DNA from: Deltaproteobacteria bacterium
GTDB taxonomy: Bacteria > SAR324 > NAC60-12
Length of the DNA stretch: 64,000 nucleotides
Direction of reading: 5' to 3'
Assembly: GCA_038150265.1 (NCBI GenBank)
Contig: JAYOTF010000011.1
Coordinates: forward strand, 11,130 to 75,129
Made by a program: the position numbers and the translations under genes. The notes beneath the pieces are model-generated. The model worked only from the letters and a program-made list of their open reading frames with translations, was not told the origin of the DNA and ran no database searches. Positions 37,009 through 46,435 of this stretch are shown in pieces. The stretch's first letter is position 1. Each line of letters opens with the position of its first letter.

Positions 37009-38116
37009 ATGTTGAACGAGGAGATCACCAGTAAGATCGACGAGTTGGCAGAGCGTGTGGAGAGCCTAGAAGGGTATCTTTGAAGTCGCGAGCAAGCGAA
37101 CGCGGCTGGAAGAGCTAGAGGCCCTCACCACCGAAGACAACTTTTGGGAACGTCACCAGGACGAGCGAACCCCCATCCTGAAGGAAAAATCCGCGCTTGA
37201 GGGCGTGGTTCAGGAGTGGGACCGCGTCCGGGGCATGCGGGACGACCTGGAGACCGCGACCGAGCTGTACCGTGAGGAAGAGGATCCGGACCTGCTGCAG
37301 GAAATCACCCAGACCAGCCAAAGCCTGGAGACGCAGCTGGATGCCATGGAAATCCTGGGGCTGTTCTCTGGAGACAACGACACGAGCGATGCCATTGTCA
37401 CCATTCACCCCGGAGCCGGCGGCACCGAATCCACCGACTGGGCGTCCATGCTGTACAACATGTACCTCAAGTGGGCCCAGGAAGAGAGCTACAAAACAGA
37501 GCTGCTGGACCTCCTTCCTGGCGAAGAGGCGGGCATCAAGTCCGCGACCTTTGCCGTGAAGGGGCAATACGCCTATGGCAAGCTCAAGGCCGAGGTGGGC
37601 GTGCACCGGCTGGTCCGGATTTCTCCATTTGATGCCCAAAAGCGTCGGCACACGTCGTTTGCGTCGGTGTTTGTCTATGCGGATGTGGATGAGGAGATTG
37701 AGATCGACATCCGTCCGGACGAGCTGAAGGTCGATACCTACCGGGCCAGCGGCGCCGGAGGCCAGCACGTCAATACCACCGACTCAGCCGTGCGCATCAC
37801 GCACCTGCCTTCCGGAATCGTGGTGCAGTGCCAGAATGAACGGTCGCAGCACAAGAACCGGGCGACCGCCATGAAGATGCTCAAGGCCCGGCTCTATGAC
37901 CTCCAGCAGCAGGAGCTGAACAAGGAGAAGGAAGAGGCCAACAGCAAGAAGCAGGACATCGCCTGGGGCAGTCAGATCCGCAGCTACGTCCTCCATCCCT
38001 ATCAGATGGTGAAGGATCACCGGACCGGTTGTGAGACCGGAAACTCGCAGGCCGTGCTCCAGGGCGGCGCCCTGAACCCCTTCATCAAGGCAGCCCTTTC
38101 CCAGAAGGTCTGCTGA
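37009..38116 (+). CDS. prfB: peptide chain release factor 2, expressed through a programmed +1 frameshift
   Basis: ATG 37009 opens [24 protein letters not shown], ending at CTT TGA (37078-37083). The +1 frame from 37082 continues into the tracked ORF containing the SPF and GGQ motifs. Confidence 0.95.
37068..37084 (+). promoter_or_regulatory. RF2 +1 frameshift cassette
   Basis: AGAAGGG-TAT-CTT-TGA-A: purine-rich internal SD-like run, slippery CTT T and in-frame TGA. Confidence 0.85.
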
Positions 38117-38158
38117 ATGCCAACGGGCAGCCCCCTGCCCCCCAAGAGAGAGTCAGAA

Positions 38159-38653
38159 ATGGCCGCAAGTTTTTCCTTTGATATTGTTTGTGAAGTCGAT
38201 GCCCAGGAGGTCTCCAACGCCGTGGATCAGGCGCAACGGGAGATCACCAACCGCTACGACTTCAAGGGCACCAGCTGCGCCATCGACTTTGAACGTGGCG
38301 ACATGGTCCTCAAGCTCACAGCAGATGATGAGATGAAGCTCGACACCGTCCGCGACATCCTCCTCAGCAAGCTCCTGAAGCGCAACGTTCCGGTGAAGTC
38401 CCTGGTCTACGGAAAGGCCGAGCCCTCCGGAAAGGTGCTCAAGCAGGAGATCACCATTCAGCAGGGCCTGAGCAAGGAGCAGTGCAAGACCCTCAACGTG
38501 CTCATCAAGAACACCAAGCTGAAGGTCCAGTCCCAAATTCAGGGGGAAGCCGTCCGGGTCTCGGGAAAGAGCAAGGACGACCTGCAGAGCATCATGAACG
38601 AAATCAAGGCCAAGGACCTGGACTTTGATGTGCAGTTCACGAACTACCGCTGA
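38159..38653 (+). CDS. yajQ: YajQ-family nucleotide/c-di-GMP-binding protein
   Basis: SFDIVCEVDAQEVSNAVDQA, RYDFKG, KVQSQIQGEAVRVSGKSKDDLQ, QFTNYR. Confidence 0.93.
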   Translation: MAASFSFDIVCEVDAQEVSNAVDQAQREITNRYDFKGTSCAIDFERGDMVLKLTADDEMKLDTVRDILLSKLLKRNVPVKSLVYGKAEPSGKVLKQEITIQQGLSKEQCKTLNVLIKNTKLKVQSQIQGEAVRVSGKSKDDLQSIMNEIKAKDLDFDVQFTNYR

Positions 38654-38664
38654 AGAAGGCTCTC

Positions 38665-38699
38665 CGGCTGGCTGCTCTCACAGCTGAGAAGGCCAGCCG
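38665..38699 (+). terminator. stem-loop after yajQ
   Basis: Outer stem CGGCTGGC/GCCAGCCG and inner stem TCTCA/TGAGA; no U tract. Confidence 0.4.
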
Positions 38700-38917
38700 T
38701 CAAGATTGCATAAAAGCGCACCAAAATGTCCCAAATTGTTAAGTTTTGACCGCAATTTCCGGGGTCTTCTTCAAACATCCCCTGCAATATCAAAACGTTA
38801 ACTTTTTGACCGCCTCCCAACTCCTCCGAATTTTCAACCGCACCCCCTCATTGCTTTTCTGACACAGATCAGGGAAGATAACAGTTCGCATTCGCAGGAT
38901 AGGTGGCATCAGGTCTG

Positions 38918-38941
38918 TGCCGGGGTCAATTGACCCCGGCA
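38918..38941. repeat. perfect 24-bp palindrome just downstream of the NCS2 permease stop (terminator hairpin or binding site)
   Basis: TGCCGGGGTCAATTGACCCCGGCA. Confidence 0.6.
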
Positions 38942-38949
38942 GCGCGGGA

Positions 38950-40269
38950 TCAGTCTTCTTCAGGGAGCAGCAGGTTCAGCAGAATCGAGATGATGGCGAC
39001 CGGCAACAGTCCGGAGGTCATCAGCACCTTGAGGTTCGCGGGCACATGTTGCAGGGCAGAAGGAACCGACTGCAGCCCCAGTCCCACCGAAAGCGCCACC
39101 GCCAGAATCACCATGTTGCGGCGGCTCCACTTGACGTCGCTGAGGATGTTCAGTCCGGCGCTCACGACCATCCCAAACATCACGATCACGCCTCCTCCCA
39201 GCACCGAGATCGGCATGGACGCAATGATGGCCCCGATCTTGGGCACCAGCCCGCAGATGATGAGGAACACGCCTCCAATGGTGACAATGGTGCGACTCAT
39301 CACCCCCGTCAAGGAAATGAGTCCGACGTTCTGACTGAAGGACGTATTGGGCAAGCCTCCGAAGATGCCGGCAATCGCGGTTCCAAGTCCGTCGGCAAAG
39401 GTCCCCCCACTGAGTTCGCGGTTGGTCGCTTCACGGTTCGCTCCGCCCTTGGTGATTCCGGAGATGTCCCCAACGGTCTCAATCGCACTCACCACCGCCA
39501 TCAGGCACATCCCGATCACGGCTGCAGCATTGATCTCAAAGCCGTACTTGAACGGCACCGGGACCTCAAACCAGCCCGCCCGGGCGATGCCCCCAAAGTT
39601 CACTTCTCCCAGCAGCATGGCCACCAGGTAGCCGGCAACCAGTCCGACCAGAATCGCTGCGCTCGAGAGGACGCCCTTCGAGGAAAACTTCACCCCCAGG
39701 GCCACAACCACCACCGTCAGCGCCATGGTCCAGTTGGTCAAGCTTCCAAATTCCGGTTTCCCCATGAGGGGGACCCCGCCTGCGGCATACTGAATGCCCA
39801 CCGGAATCAGGGCCAAACCAATGGCCATCACCACCACACCCGTGACCAGAGGCGGTAGCCAGTTCCGGATCTTGCTGATGACGGTTCCCAGCAGCGTGTG
39901 AAAGACCCCGCCCAGGAAAATGGCGCCAAAGAGCGCTCCCATGCCCGCCGTTTTCACAATCGGGATCATCACGGGAATGAACGCAAAGCTGGTCCCCTGC
40001 ATCACGGGCAGGCGGGCGCCAACGGGTCCGATGCCGACCGTCTGAAAGAGGGTCGCAATGCCGGCAAACAGCATCGACATCTGGATCAGGAAGACGAGGT
40101 CGGGAGAGCCGAAACTGTATCCGGCCGCCAGCCCCACGATAATTGCCGGTGTGAAGTTGCTCACAAACATGGCAAGGACGTGCTGCAGTCCCAAGGGAAT
40201 GGCCTTGGAAAGCGGGGGCACAAAGTCTGGATCCCTTAGCTGTTCGGGGGTGATGGTGTCGTTACTCAT
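38950..40269 (-). CDS. NCS2 uracil/xanthine/urate permease
   Basis: RBS CAGGAG then ATG 40269; GLQHVLAM, GARLPVMQGTSFAF, ETVGD, NAT signature SFSQNVGLISLTGVMSR. Confidence 0.93.
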   Translation of the reverse strand: MSNDTITPEQLRDPDFVPPLSKAIPLGLQHVLAMFVSNFTPAIIVGLAAGYSFGSPDLVFLIQMSMLFAGIATLFQTVGIGPVGARLPVMQGTSFAFIPVMIPIVKTAGMGALFGAIFLGGVFHTLLGTVISKIRNWLPPLVTGVVVMAIGLALIPVGIQYAAGGVPLMGKPEFGSLTNWTMALTVVVVALGVKFSSKGVLSSAAILVGLVAGYLVAMLLGEVNFGGIARAGWFEVPVPFKYGFEINAAAVIGMCLMAVVSAIETVGDISGITKGGANREATNRELSGGTFADGLGTAIAGIFGGLPNTSFSQNVGLISLTGVMSRTIVTIGGVFLIICGLVPKIGAIIASMPISVLGGGVIVMFGMVVSAGLNILSDVKWSRRNMVILAVALSVGLGLQSVPSALQHVPANLKVLMTSGLLPVAIISILLNLLLPEED

Positions 40270-40389
40270 TGTCAATCTCCTGAAGCGGGAGGTTTCAAGG
40301 AGCGCACTGACGGGGGAGCGAGCCAGAAGCGATTCCCAGAATGATGAGCCTGGGGACAGGCTCGGACAGGTGCCTTGCGGCACAAAAAC

Positions 40390-40899
40390 TCATGGAGGCG
40401 GCAAAAGGAGCTTCTCCAGTCGCAGGTGGGTGATCTGGATCTGTTCCGCTGCTGCGGTGCCCAGCTCCTGCTGGCGATCCGATCCCAGCCGCGCGGTGAG
40501 GAGGGTCAGCAGCTCCGTCGCTGATTTTCCGGAGGCACAGACGATGTAGATGAAGCCGAACTTCTGTTCATACTCGGCATTCTTCAAGGCCATCTCCGCC
40601 TTGATCCGTTCATCAGCACTCTGCATGCCTGCCTGCTCTCGGGAGGTCCAGGAGGCGGTGTTTTGTGCCACCTCCGGAGGCTTGCTGGCGCCAATGCGAG
40701 GGTGTGCCGCAAAGGCCTCCAGCCAGTCGGCTTCTTCCATCTGCTGCCAAACGGCCTCCGCTTGCTCGTGCAGGGCCTCGGCGCTGGCAAAGGGCCGGCA
40801 CGCCAGCATGCCAGCCACCCAGCGCTGCGCTCCGCAGCACTTCTGCAGCGCTTCCGCACAGGCGGCGTCCGGAAGCGCGTTCAGTTCCTCAATCGTCAT
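40390..40899 (-). CDS. uraD: OHCU decarboxylase
   Basis: EAFAAHPRIG, SREQAG, YEQKFGFIYIVCASG, EQIQITHLRL. Confidence 0.92.
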   Translation of the reverse strand: MTIEELNALPDAACAEALQKCCGAQRWVAGMLACRPFASAEALHEQAEAVWQQMEEADWLEAFAAHPRIGASKPPEVAQNTASWTSREQAGMQSADERIKAEMALKNAEYEQKFGFIYIVCASGKSATELLTLLTARLGSDRQQELGTAAAEQIQITHLRLEKLLLPPP

Positions 40900-42323
40900 C
40901 AGTTTCGTCGTGCCTCTACAATTTTCCGGAAGGACCCGGCCTGGATTTCTTCCACTGTCACGCCAGCGGCTTCCACATCTTCCGGATCAATGGCCCCGGA
41001 ATTCAGGGCTCGGAAGAAGAAGTTCAGCAGCCCCTGTCCGGTGGCCGCATCATCAAAGACGTCTCCACTCAGGGTCGCCTTGGACGCCTGTTCCACAAAG
41101 TTCCTCAGCCGGGTGGTCGACTCCTGAACCTGCTCCAGGAAGAACGCCGCACACGCCGCATACCGTACGGGAATTTGCGCCGGATGCAAGTCCCATCCCT
41201 GATAAAATCCATGAGCCAGGGAGCGCCGGACGTGTCCGTAGCTGAGCCGCCACGCTCGGTGGACGGTCTCCAGGTTTTCCCGGACCTGCACCGGCGACAG
41301 GGAGTCTCCCCGGTGTGGCGCCACGGGCATGATGTTCGTTGCGCCGTCGGACAGAAAGATTCCCGTGCCACCAAACGCCACCTTCATGACGTGCCGAGCG
41401 AAGTCACACACGGCACTGTCCATCTTCTGGTAGGCGGCAATGAGGTCGCAGGACGCGGTGTAGTCGTAGGTCCCGAAGTGTGCCCCAATGCAGCGACCGC
41501 GCGCCGCGTTGGCAATCTTCCGGGCGGTGACTTCTCCGTTCGCATTGAAGACCGACTGCGTGGTCTCGATCATCACTTCCATCTTCAGGGTCCCCGGGGC
41601 CAGGCCCTTTTCGGCTTCAAACACCTCAAACAGCTCCACCAGCGCCGCGGCTTGCTCCGGAACCTCCACCTTCGGCAGCGTCACCACAAAGTTTTCCGGA
41701 AGCGCCCCTCCGGATTCTTCCAGCAGCGTGCTGAGGAACAGGTCCAGCGTCCGGATGCCCCGGTCGGAAAACTCGCGGTTGAACGGCTTGATGCGGATGC
41801 CAATGAAGGGGGGCAAGAGGCCCTGCTTCATGCCAGAGACCACCTCCTTGGCGCCCTGCACCGCAACGGCGTCTTCCTCCTCATCCGGACGGATGCCGAA
41901 GCCATCTTCGTAGTCGAGCCGGAAGTCTTCCACCGCCTCGCGTTCCAGCTTCTTGACCACCTGGGCATACACGCGCCACGCCAGCCACACCGGTTGATTG
42001 GCCGGAGAAACGCCCCGGTCTTCGACATCCTGCACCAGGGCTTCTACCTCGCTCTGGCGGGTCGGCAGCGTCTCGGCTCCAGCAAGTCCGAGCGCCTGCG
42101 CAAACACAACAAAGTTTGGAGCGTAGTCCTGCAGATTCCGGATGGCAAGTGTTCCCATCTTGGCGGCCAATTCCGCCTTGAAGAGGTGGGCGCCTCCGTA
42201 GATCGTGTGCACCGGTTGGCGGGCGAGGGACTTGCCCGGGTAGTCGAGGTTGAACTGCTGGTTGGCTTCAGACAGACGGCTCAGCGTGGAGCCAATGCGT
42301 TCGGGAGTAAGCGTTCGCGTCAT
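40899..42323 (-). CDS. HpcH/HpaI aldolase / citrate-lyase-beta-like protein (DUF6986-type, from recall)
   Basis: RQPVHTIYGGA, EDFRLDYEDGFG, GIRIK, VTLPKV, EVMIET, HFGTYDYTA, LSDGATNIMP, GFYQGWDLHPAQ; ATG 42323. Confidence 0.75.
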   Translation of the reverse strand: MTRTLTPERIGSTLSRLSEANQQFNLDYPGKSLARQPVHTIYGGAHLFKAELAAKMGTLAIRNLQDYAPNFVVFAQALGLAGAETLPTRQSEVEALVQDVEDRGVSPANQPVWLAWRVYAQVVKKLEREAVEDFRLDYEDGFGIRPDEEEDAVAVQGAKEVVSGMKQGLLPPFIGIRIKPFNREFSDRGIRTLDLFLSTLLEESGGALPENFVVTLPKVEVPEQAAALVELFEVFEAEKGLAPGTLKMEVMIETTQSVFNANGEVTARKIANAARGRCIGAHFGTYDYTASCDLIAAYQKMDSAVCDFARHVMKVAFGGTGIFLSDGATNIMPVAPHRGDSLSPVQVRENLETVHRAWRLSYGHVRRSLAHGFYQGWDLHPAQIPVRYAACAAFFLEQVQESTTRLRNFVEQASKATLSGDVFDDAATGQGLLNFFFRALNSGAIDPEDVEAAGVTVEEIQAGSFRKIVEARRN

Positions 42324-42348
42324 AACAGTCTCGGTTGGGAAAAAAGAG

Positions 42349-43362
42349 TTAAATGGCCTTGGTGCCAAGGATGCGCAAGCGACTGACCCCCCCATCTGGG
42401 TAGATGCTGAGGCGGATGTGCGTCACGGGGCCGAGCTCCTCGAGCTCTTCCTCAAAGAAGTGCTGGGCATCGGCCTCCAGCTTCACTTCCGTGAGCAGGG
42501 GCCTCCACGGCAGGTCTGCCGCCTCCCAGCTCTCGGGGTTCATGCCCTCCGGAAGGTTGAGGGCTTCCAGGCTGCAGCGGTCCGGGTAGTTGCCCTTGAA
42601 GTGGGCGGTGTCGACTTCCACTTTCTGGACAAACCCGGCACAGGCGAGGCGGAGGATGGCCCAGTCGTTTCCGGGTTCGCGGCGCCGGCGGGTTTCCCAA
42701 CCGTCTCCCATGTTGATGCCGCGTCCGGGAGCCACCAGGTTGTCCATGTGCCCAAAGTGCTGGTCGTTGCAGGCGAGGGCCTTGCCTCCGAGGCGGGACG
42801 ACGCCAGGTCGATCACCTCGTCCAGGCCAATGGCCTTCCAGTCCACCGAAGGTTCCCCATACACCCGCAGGCGCGCCACGCCTCCGTCGGGGTAGATGTG
42901 CAGGCGGATGTGGGTCCAGCGCTGGGAGTTCTTGATCTCAAAGAAGTTTTGGGTGTTCCCCTCCAGTGGCGACTTGGGGAGCAGCTCCGTCCAGGTGGTC
43001 GACTCATCCGGATCGCCCGCAAGCTCACAGGCTTCAACCGAAGCAAACGGAGGGAAGTTCCCCGTGAAGTGATTGGTGTCAATGTCGAGCGCATGGATGC
43101 GTCCGGGCGCGCCCAGGCGGAGGGTGCACCAGTCGTGTCCGGGAGTGCGCTTGCGGCGTGACTCCCAGCCATCCATCCACTTGCCGTGGTCATCAAACTT
43201 TCCCGGAATGAAGATGCCCCGTCCGGGCTTGATGAGGTTTTCCTTGGCGGCAAAGAAGTCATCCGTGGCATCCAGCACGACCGTATCCAGCCGCTCTTCG
43301 GCCAGGTTGAGGAAGCGTTGGGAGTAGCGATCGTCGTGCGGGTTTTCAATAAAGAGTTCCAT
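42349..43362 (-). CDS. alc: allantoicase
   Basis: Two repeats: WMDGWESRRKR..DIDTNHFTGN..IYPDGGVARLR and MGDGWETRRRR..VDTAHFKGN..IYPDGGVSRLR. Confidence 0.95.
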   Translation of the reverse strand: MELFIENPHDDRYSQRFLNLAEERLDTVVLDATDDFFAAKENLIKPGRGIFIPGKFDDHGKWMDGWESRRKRTPGHDWCTLRLGAPGRIHALDIDTNHFTGNFPPFASVEACELAGDPDESTTWTELLPKSPLEGNTQNFFEIKNSQRWTHIRLHIYPDGGVARLRVYGEPSVDWKAIGLDEVIDLASSRLGGKALACNDQHFGHMDNLVAPGRGINMGDGWETRRRREPGNDWAILRLACAGFVQKVEVDTAHFKGNYPDRCSLEALNLPEGMNPESWEAADLPWRPLLTEVKLEADAQHFFEEELEELGPVTHIRLSIYPDGGVSRLRILGTKAI

Positions 43363-43368
43363 AGGGGC

Positions 43369-44055
43369 TCAGCTGAAGTATTCCGGATGTTGATGCTGAA
43401 GGGTTTCGATGTGCGACAGCACATCGGTGAGGTGCTTCTGGAGGGCCTGTGCCGCCTGCTCCGGATGATGGGCGGCAATGGCTTCAAAGAGCGCGCGGTG
43501 CTGGTGAACGATTTGCTCCAGGTACTGCGGCAGGGCGTACGTCAGGACCCGGACTCGGTCCAGCTGCAGCTTGGCGCTGTCGATGACGCGCCAGACCTTC
43601 TCCGAGTGCCCGACCCCGGCAATGAGGCGGTGAAACTCCTGATCCAGCCGGTACAGCTCCTCGGTGTTCGCACGCTCCAGGCAAAACTGCTGGTTCCGGA
43701 GGTTGAACTCCAGGGCTTCCACCTGCTCGGCAGCAATCGACTCGGCAGCATGCTGCACCGTTGCAGCCTCCATCGTCATCCGGATGAAGTGATCTTCTCG
43801 GACGTCCTGCAGGTTGATCCGAGACACAAAGGTGCCCCGCTGCGGCAGAATCTCCACCAGGCCTTCGTAACTCAAGCGCTGGCAGGCTTCCCGAATCGGA
43901 GTCCGGGACACCCCAAAACGCTGGCAGAGGTCCTTCTCCGGAATCGCTTCCCCCGGACGAAGCTGAAACCCAATGATCTCTTCACGCAAGATTGCATGAA
44001 TCTGCTCCACCGTGTTCTGGCGGGGGTTCAGCTTCAACGCAGGAACCGATGACAC
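43369..44055 (-). CDS. GntR-family regulator with FCD domain
   Basis: RBS GGGAGGAG then GTG 44055; LRPGEAIPEKDLCQRFGVSRTPIREA, PQRGTFV, DQEFH..H..H. Confidence 0.92.
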   Translation of the reverse strand: MSSVPALKLNPRQNTVEQIHAILREEIIGFQLRPGEAIPEKDLCQRFGVSRTPIREACQRLSYEGLVEILPQRGTFVSRINLQDVREDHFIRMTMEAATVQHAAESIAAEQVEALEFNLRNQQFCLERANTEELYRLDQEFHRLIAGVGHSEKVWRVIDSAKLQLDRVRVLTYALPQYLEQIVHQHRALFEAIAAHHPEQAAQALQKHLTDVLSHIETLQHQHPEYFS

Positions 44056-44113
44056 AGCGCTCCTCCCAACTCCAAGCAACTCGTTCACAGAATCAAGTAA
44101 CAATTTTCTTGAT

Positions 44114-44163
44114 ACTTGTATACTAGTTTGTAACGATTATGCCCAGTTTCCGCTGCTTGTCAA
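44114..44163 (-). promoter_or_regulatory. sigma70 promoter and GntR/FCD-type operator upstream of the regulator-alc operon
   Basis: Minus-strand TTGACA (44163-44158)-N16-CATAAT (44141-44136), followed by the near-palindrome ACTTGTATACTAGT (44114-44127). Confidence 0.7.
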
Positions 44164-44195
44164 GGGTTCCGTGCAGGAAGAATGAAATCGGGGGC

Positions 44196-45101
44196 TCAGG
44201 GGCGATGATGCGTGTGCCAGTGCTGGGCGATCTCGGCGCGTTGACAGAGCCACACACGGTCGTGTCCCTGCACGTAGTCGAGAAACCGGGCCAGGGCGGC
44301 TGCCCGTCCGGGACGTCCCACCAGCCGGCAGTGCAGGCCAACGCTCATCATTTTGGGAGCGGTTGCTCCTTCGGCATACAGGGTATCGAAGGAATCCTTG
44401 AGGTAGGTGAAGAACTGGTCTCCGGAGTTGAAGCCCTGGTTGGTGGCAAAGCGCATGTCGTTCGCATCCAGCGTGTAGGGCACAATGAGGTGGGGCTTGC
44501 CCTCCAGGCCCTCGACCCAGTAAGGTAGGTCGTCGGCATAGGAGTCCGCATCATAAAGCAGGTCTCCGGCTTCTTCGAGGAGGATCCGACGGGTGTTGGG
44601 TCCGGTCCGTCCGATGTACCAGCCGAGAGGAGCCGAGCCGGTGACGCGGGTGTGAACCTCCAGGGCCTGGCGAATGTGGGCGCGTTCCTCGGCTTCCGGA
44701 AGGTACTGGTAGTCAATCCATCGGTAGCCGTGTGAGGCGATCTCCCAGCCGGCTTCCTGCATGCCCGCCACGGCTTCCGGGTTGCGCTCCAGGGCCATGG
44801 CGACGCCATAGACGGTGACCGGGATCTGGCGTTCCGTGAAGAGGCGGTGGAGCCGCCAGAAGCCCGCGCGGCTGCCAAACTCGTAGATCGATTCCATGTT
44901 CATGTGGCGGACGCCTTCCAGGGCCTGAGCGCCAACGATTTCGGAGAGAAACGCTTCAGAGGCGCGGTCTCCGTGCAGGATGCAGTTTTCACCACCTTCC
45001 TCGTAATTGATCACAAACTGCACGGCAACTCGGGCGTCCCCCGGCCACTGTGGGTGAGGCGTGTGGCGTCCGTAACCAATCATGTCTCGTGGATACGTCA
45101 T
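44196..45101 (-). CDS. puuE: allantoinase PuuE (polysaccharide deacetylase-like)
   Basis: YPRDMIGYG, INYEEGGEN, MESIYEFGSRAGFWRL, SHGYRW, YADDLPYW, DANDMRF, SVGLHCRLVGRPGR. Confidence 0.93.
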   Translation of the reverse strand: MTYPRDMIGYGRHTPHPQWPGDARVAVQFVINYEEGGENCILHGDRASEAFLSEIVGAQALEGVRHMNMESIYEFGSRAGFWRLHRLFTERQIPVTVYGVAMALERNPEAVAGMQEAGWEIASHGYRWIDYQYLPEAEERAHIRQALEVHTRVTGSAPLGWYIGRTGPNTRRILLEEAGDLLYDADSYADDLPYWVEGLEGKPHLIVPYTLDANDMRFATNQGFNSGDQFFTYLKDSFDTLYAEGATAPKMMSVGLHCRLVGRPGRAAALARFLDYVQGHDRVWLCQRAEIAQHWHTHHRP

Positions 45102-45238
45102 GAGAGTGTCCTTTCTGGTTGAGAGTAAAAAAAGCTGTGAGGAGAGTATCCGCAATCGTTCCTGACGTGCAACTAAAATTGCGTCCGGACGAGGCCACGT
45201 CTCCTCACCCCCTGAACCACCCTTAACGAGTGACTGCT

Positions 45239-46435
45239 ATGGAAACCTACTTGCTGGACTGGGCCAACCTGCTCATCCGTTGGCTGCACCTCATTGCCGG
45301 CATCGCCTGGATCGGCTCGTCCTTCTACTTTGTGATGCTGGACCTCTCGCTGCAGCCTCCGAAGAAGCCAGAGGACGCGGCGCGTGGGGTTTCCGGCGAG
45401 CTCTGGGCGGTTCATGGCGGAGGGTTTTACGTCAGCCAGAAGTTCATGACTGGCCCCAAGGGGGAGCCCCTGAGCGACAACCTGCACTGGACGAAGTACG
45501 AGTCCTACACCACCTTGCTGTCTGGACTGGCCCTGATGGCGATCATCTACTGGTTTGGTGCCAACTCGTACCTGATTGACCCGCGGGTGATGGAGTTGAC
45601 GCAGACGCAGGCGATTGGCCTCAGCGTGGCCTTCCTGATCGGTGGGTGGGTCGTCTACGACGGCCTGTGCCGCCTCCTCGTGGGAAAGGACACCCTGCTG
45701 GCGGCAGTGGTGTTTGTCTTCATCATGGCGGCCAACTACGCCCTCTTCCACCTCTTCAGCGCACGAGCCGCCTTTCTGCATGTGGGGGCCATGATGGGCG
45801 TGTCGATGGTGGCCAACGTGTACTTTCACATCATTCCGGGCCAGGAGAAGATGGTGGGGCAGATTCGCCGCGGTGAAGAGGTGGACCCCACCCCCGGAAT
45901 CATCGGCAAGCAGCGTTCGGTGCACAACACGTACTTCACGCTTCCGGTGCTGTTCATCATGATCAGCAACCACTACCCGATGACCTACAGCCACGAAATG
46001 GGGTGGCTGGTGCTGGGCCTGATCATGATGGCTGGGGTGCTGGTGCGGCAGTTCTTTGTGCTCCGGCACACCGGAAACGTCCAGTGGTGGCTTCCGGTTG
46101 CAGGCAGCGCGTTGATCGTGGCGGTGATCGTGTGGCTCCAGCCCGCCACCATCGATGGCTCCGCGCATCCGCAGGTGAGCATGACCCAGCTGCAGGGCGT
46201 CCTCAACCAGCGCTGCACCGTGTGCCATGCGGCTCAGCCCACGCAGCCCGGTTTTGCCCAGCCGCCCAAGGGCGTGATGCTGGAAACCGCCACCCAGATT
46301 CAGCAGCATGCGCCCAAGATCGCGGAGACGGTTGCGAGCGGGTACATGCCCCTTGGAAACCTGACGGGCATCACCGATGACGAACGGCAACTGATTGCCA
46401 CCTGGTACGCCCAGTTCACTGCAGCTTCCAACTGA
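45239..46435 (+). CDS. puuD: membrane urate hydroxylase PuuD with C-terminal cytochrome c
   Basis: RWLHLIAGIAWIGSSFYF, GELWAVHGGGFY, RSVHNTYFTLPVLFIMISNHYP, CTVCH, MPLGNLT. Confidence 0.92.
   Translation: METYLLDWANLLIRWLHLIAGIAWIGSSFYFVMLDLSLQPPKKPEDAARGVSGELWAVHGGGFYVSQKFMTGPKGEPLSDNLHWTKYESYTTLLSGLALMAIIYWFGANSYLIDPRVMELTQTQAIGLSVAFLIGGWVVYDGLCRLLVGKDTLLAAVVFVFIMAANYALFHLFSARAAFLHVGAMMGVSMVANVYFHIIPGQEKMVGQIRRGEEVDPTPGIIGKQRSVHNTYFTLPVLFIMISNHYPMTYSHEMGWLVLGLIMMAGVLVRQFFVLRHTGNVQWWLPVAGSALIVAVIVWLQPATIDGSAHPQVSMTQLQGVLNQRCTVCHAAQPTQPGFAQPPKGVMLETATQIQQHAPKIAETVASGYMPLGNLTGITDDERQLIATWYAQFTAASN

Noticed and set aside
37009..37204. Apparently truncated or pseudogenised prfB
   Set aside because: Explained by the programmed +1 frameshift at CTT TGA.
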